This document shows, piece after piece, positions 63,845 through 64,000 of a stretch of 64,000 bases of DNA. The translations under genes were made by a program, and so were the position numbers. The notes below the pieces were generated by a model. That model made no database searches. It saw nothing but the letters and a program-made list of their open reading frames with translations, and had not been told where the DNA came from. The stretch's first letter is position 1. Each line of letters opens with the position of its first letter. The DNA comes from an uncultured Nitrososphaeraceae archaeon (GTDB lineage: Archaea > Thermoproteota > Nitrososphaeria > Nitrososphaerales > Nitrososphaeraceae): NCBI GenBank assembly GCA_963779615.1, contig CAVZZA010000005.1, forward strand, positions 608,001-672,000, read 5' to 3'.

Positions 63845-64000
63845 ATGTGCAAAACCAATACCACATTGGCAATGACAACCATTATAACGTTATTACATAT
63901 GGGAACAAGTGTTATCCACATGCAATCATATGCAGGCCGTAGCGACCAACAACAAAAACGTCTAGATTAGTTTATAGTAATAATGCAGCGTTAGATAATA
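63845..64000 (+). CDS. fourth Q/N-family paralogue (signal-peptide region; frameshifted or truncated, may run past the window)
   Basis: MCKTNTTLAMTTIITLLHMGTSVIHMQSYAGRSDQQQ matches the family signal peptide; in-frame stop at 63968-63970, while an alternate frame KTSRLVYSNNAALDN stays open to the window end. Confidence 0.6.

Noticed and set aside
1-64000. CRISPR array, rRNA or tRNA genes
   Set aside because: I found no regularly spaced repeat-spacer units, cloverleaf with T-loop consensus, or long GC-rich rRNA-like stretch by eye.

Overview
AT-rich archaeal DNA. The gene content (PQQ beta-propeller, PsbP-like and PPOX/F420 proteins, HTH-adenylate cyclase, Mut7-C, TATA boxes ~25-30 nt before leaderless starts, T-tract 3' ends) suggests a soil ammonia-oxidising archaeon of the Nitrososphaeraceae, Nitrosocosmicus-like; this taxonomy is an inference. 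1-33 kb holds scattered monocistronic accessory/metabolic genes, several gene remnants and one IS6 with 16-bp TIRs and an 8-bp TSD. 33-55 kb is a glycan-modification island built almost entirely from paralogous transferases: 7 GT-B/GT4-type glycosyltransferases (three look ALG1-, ALG2/WbaZ- and ALG11-like), 4 FkbM and 3 class I methyltransferases, with near-identical gene-conversion patches between paralogues and an IS5 insertion. 55-64 kb holds a CDF transporter, a single-pass membrane protein with a cytoplasmic HNH nuclease domain, and four small secreted Q/N-rich paralogues with a curlin-like motif; three of them share an upstream motif exactly 80 nt before the ATG and two share a 3' palindrome. 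A SpaA/prealbumin-like secreted protein and a second IS5 lie among them. Many genes carry single-base frameshifts, often at homopolymers, which suggests long-read consensus errors. I saw no rRNA, tRNA or CRISPR array.
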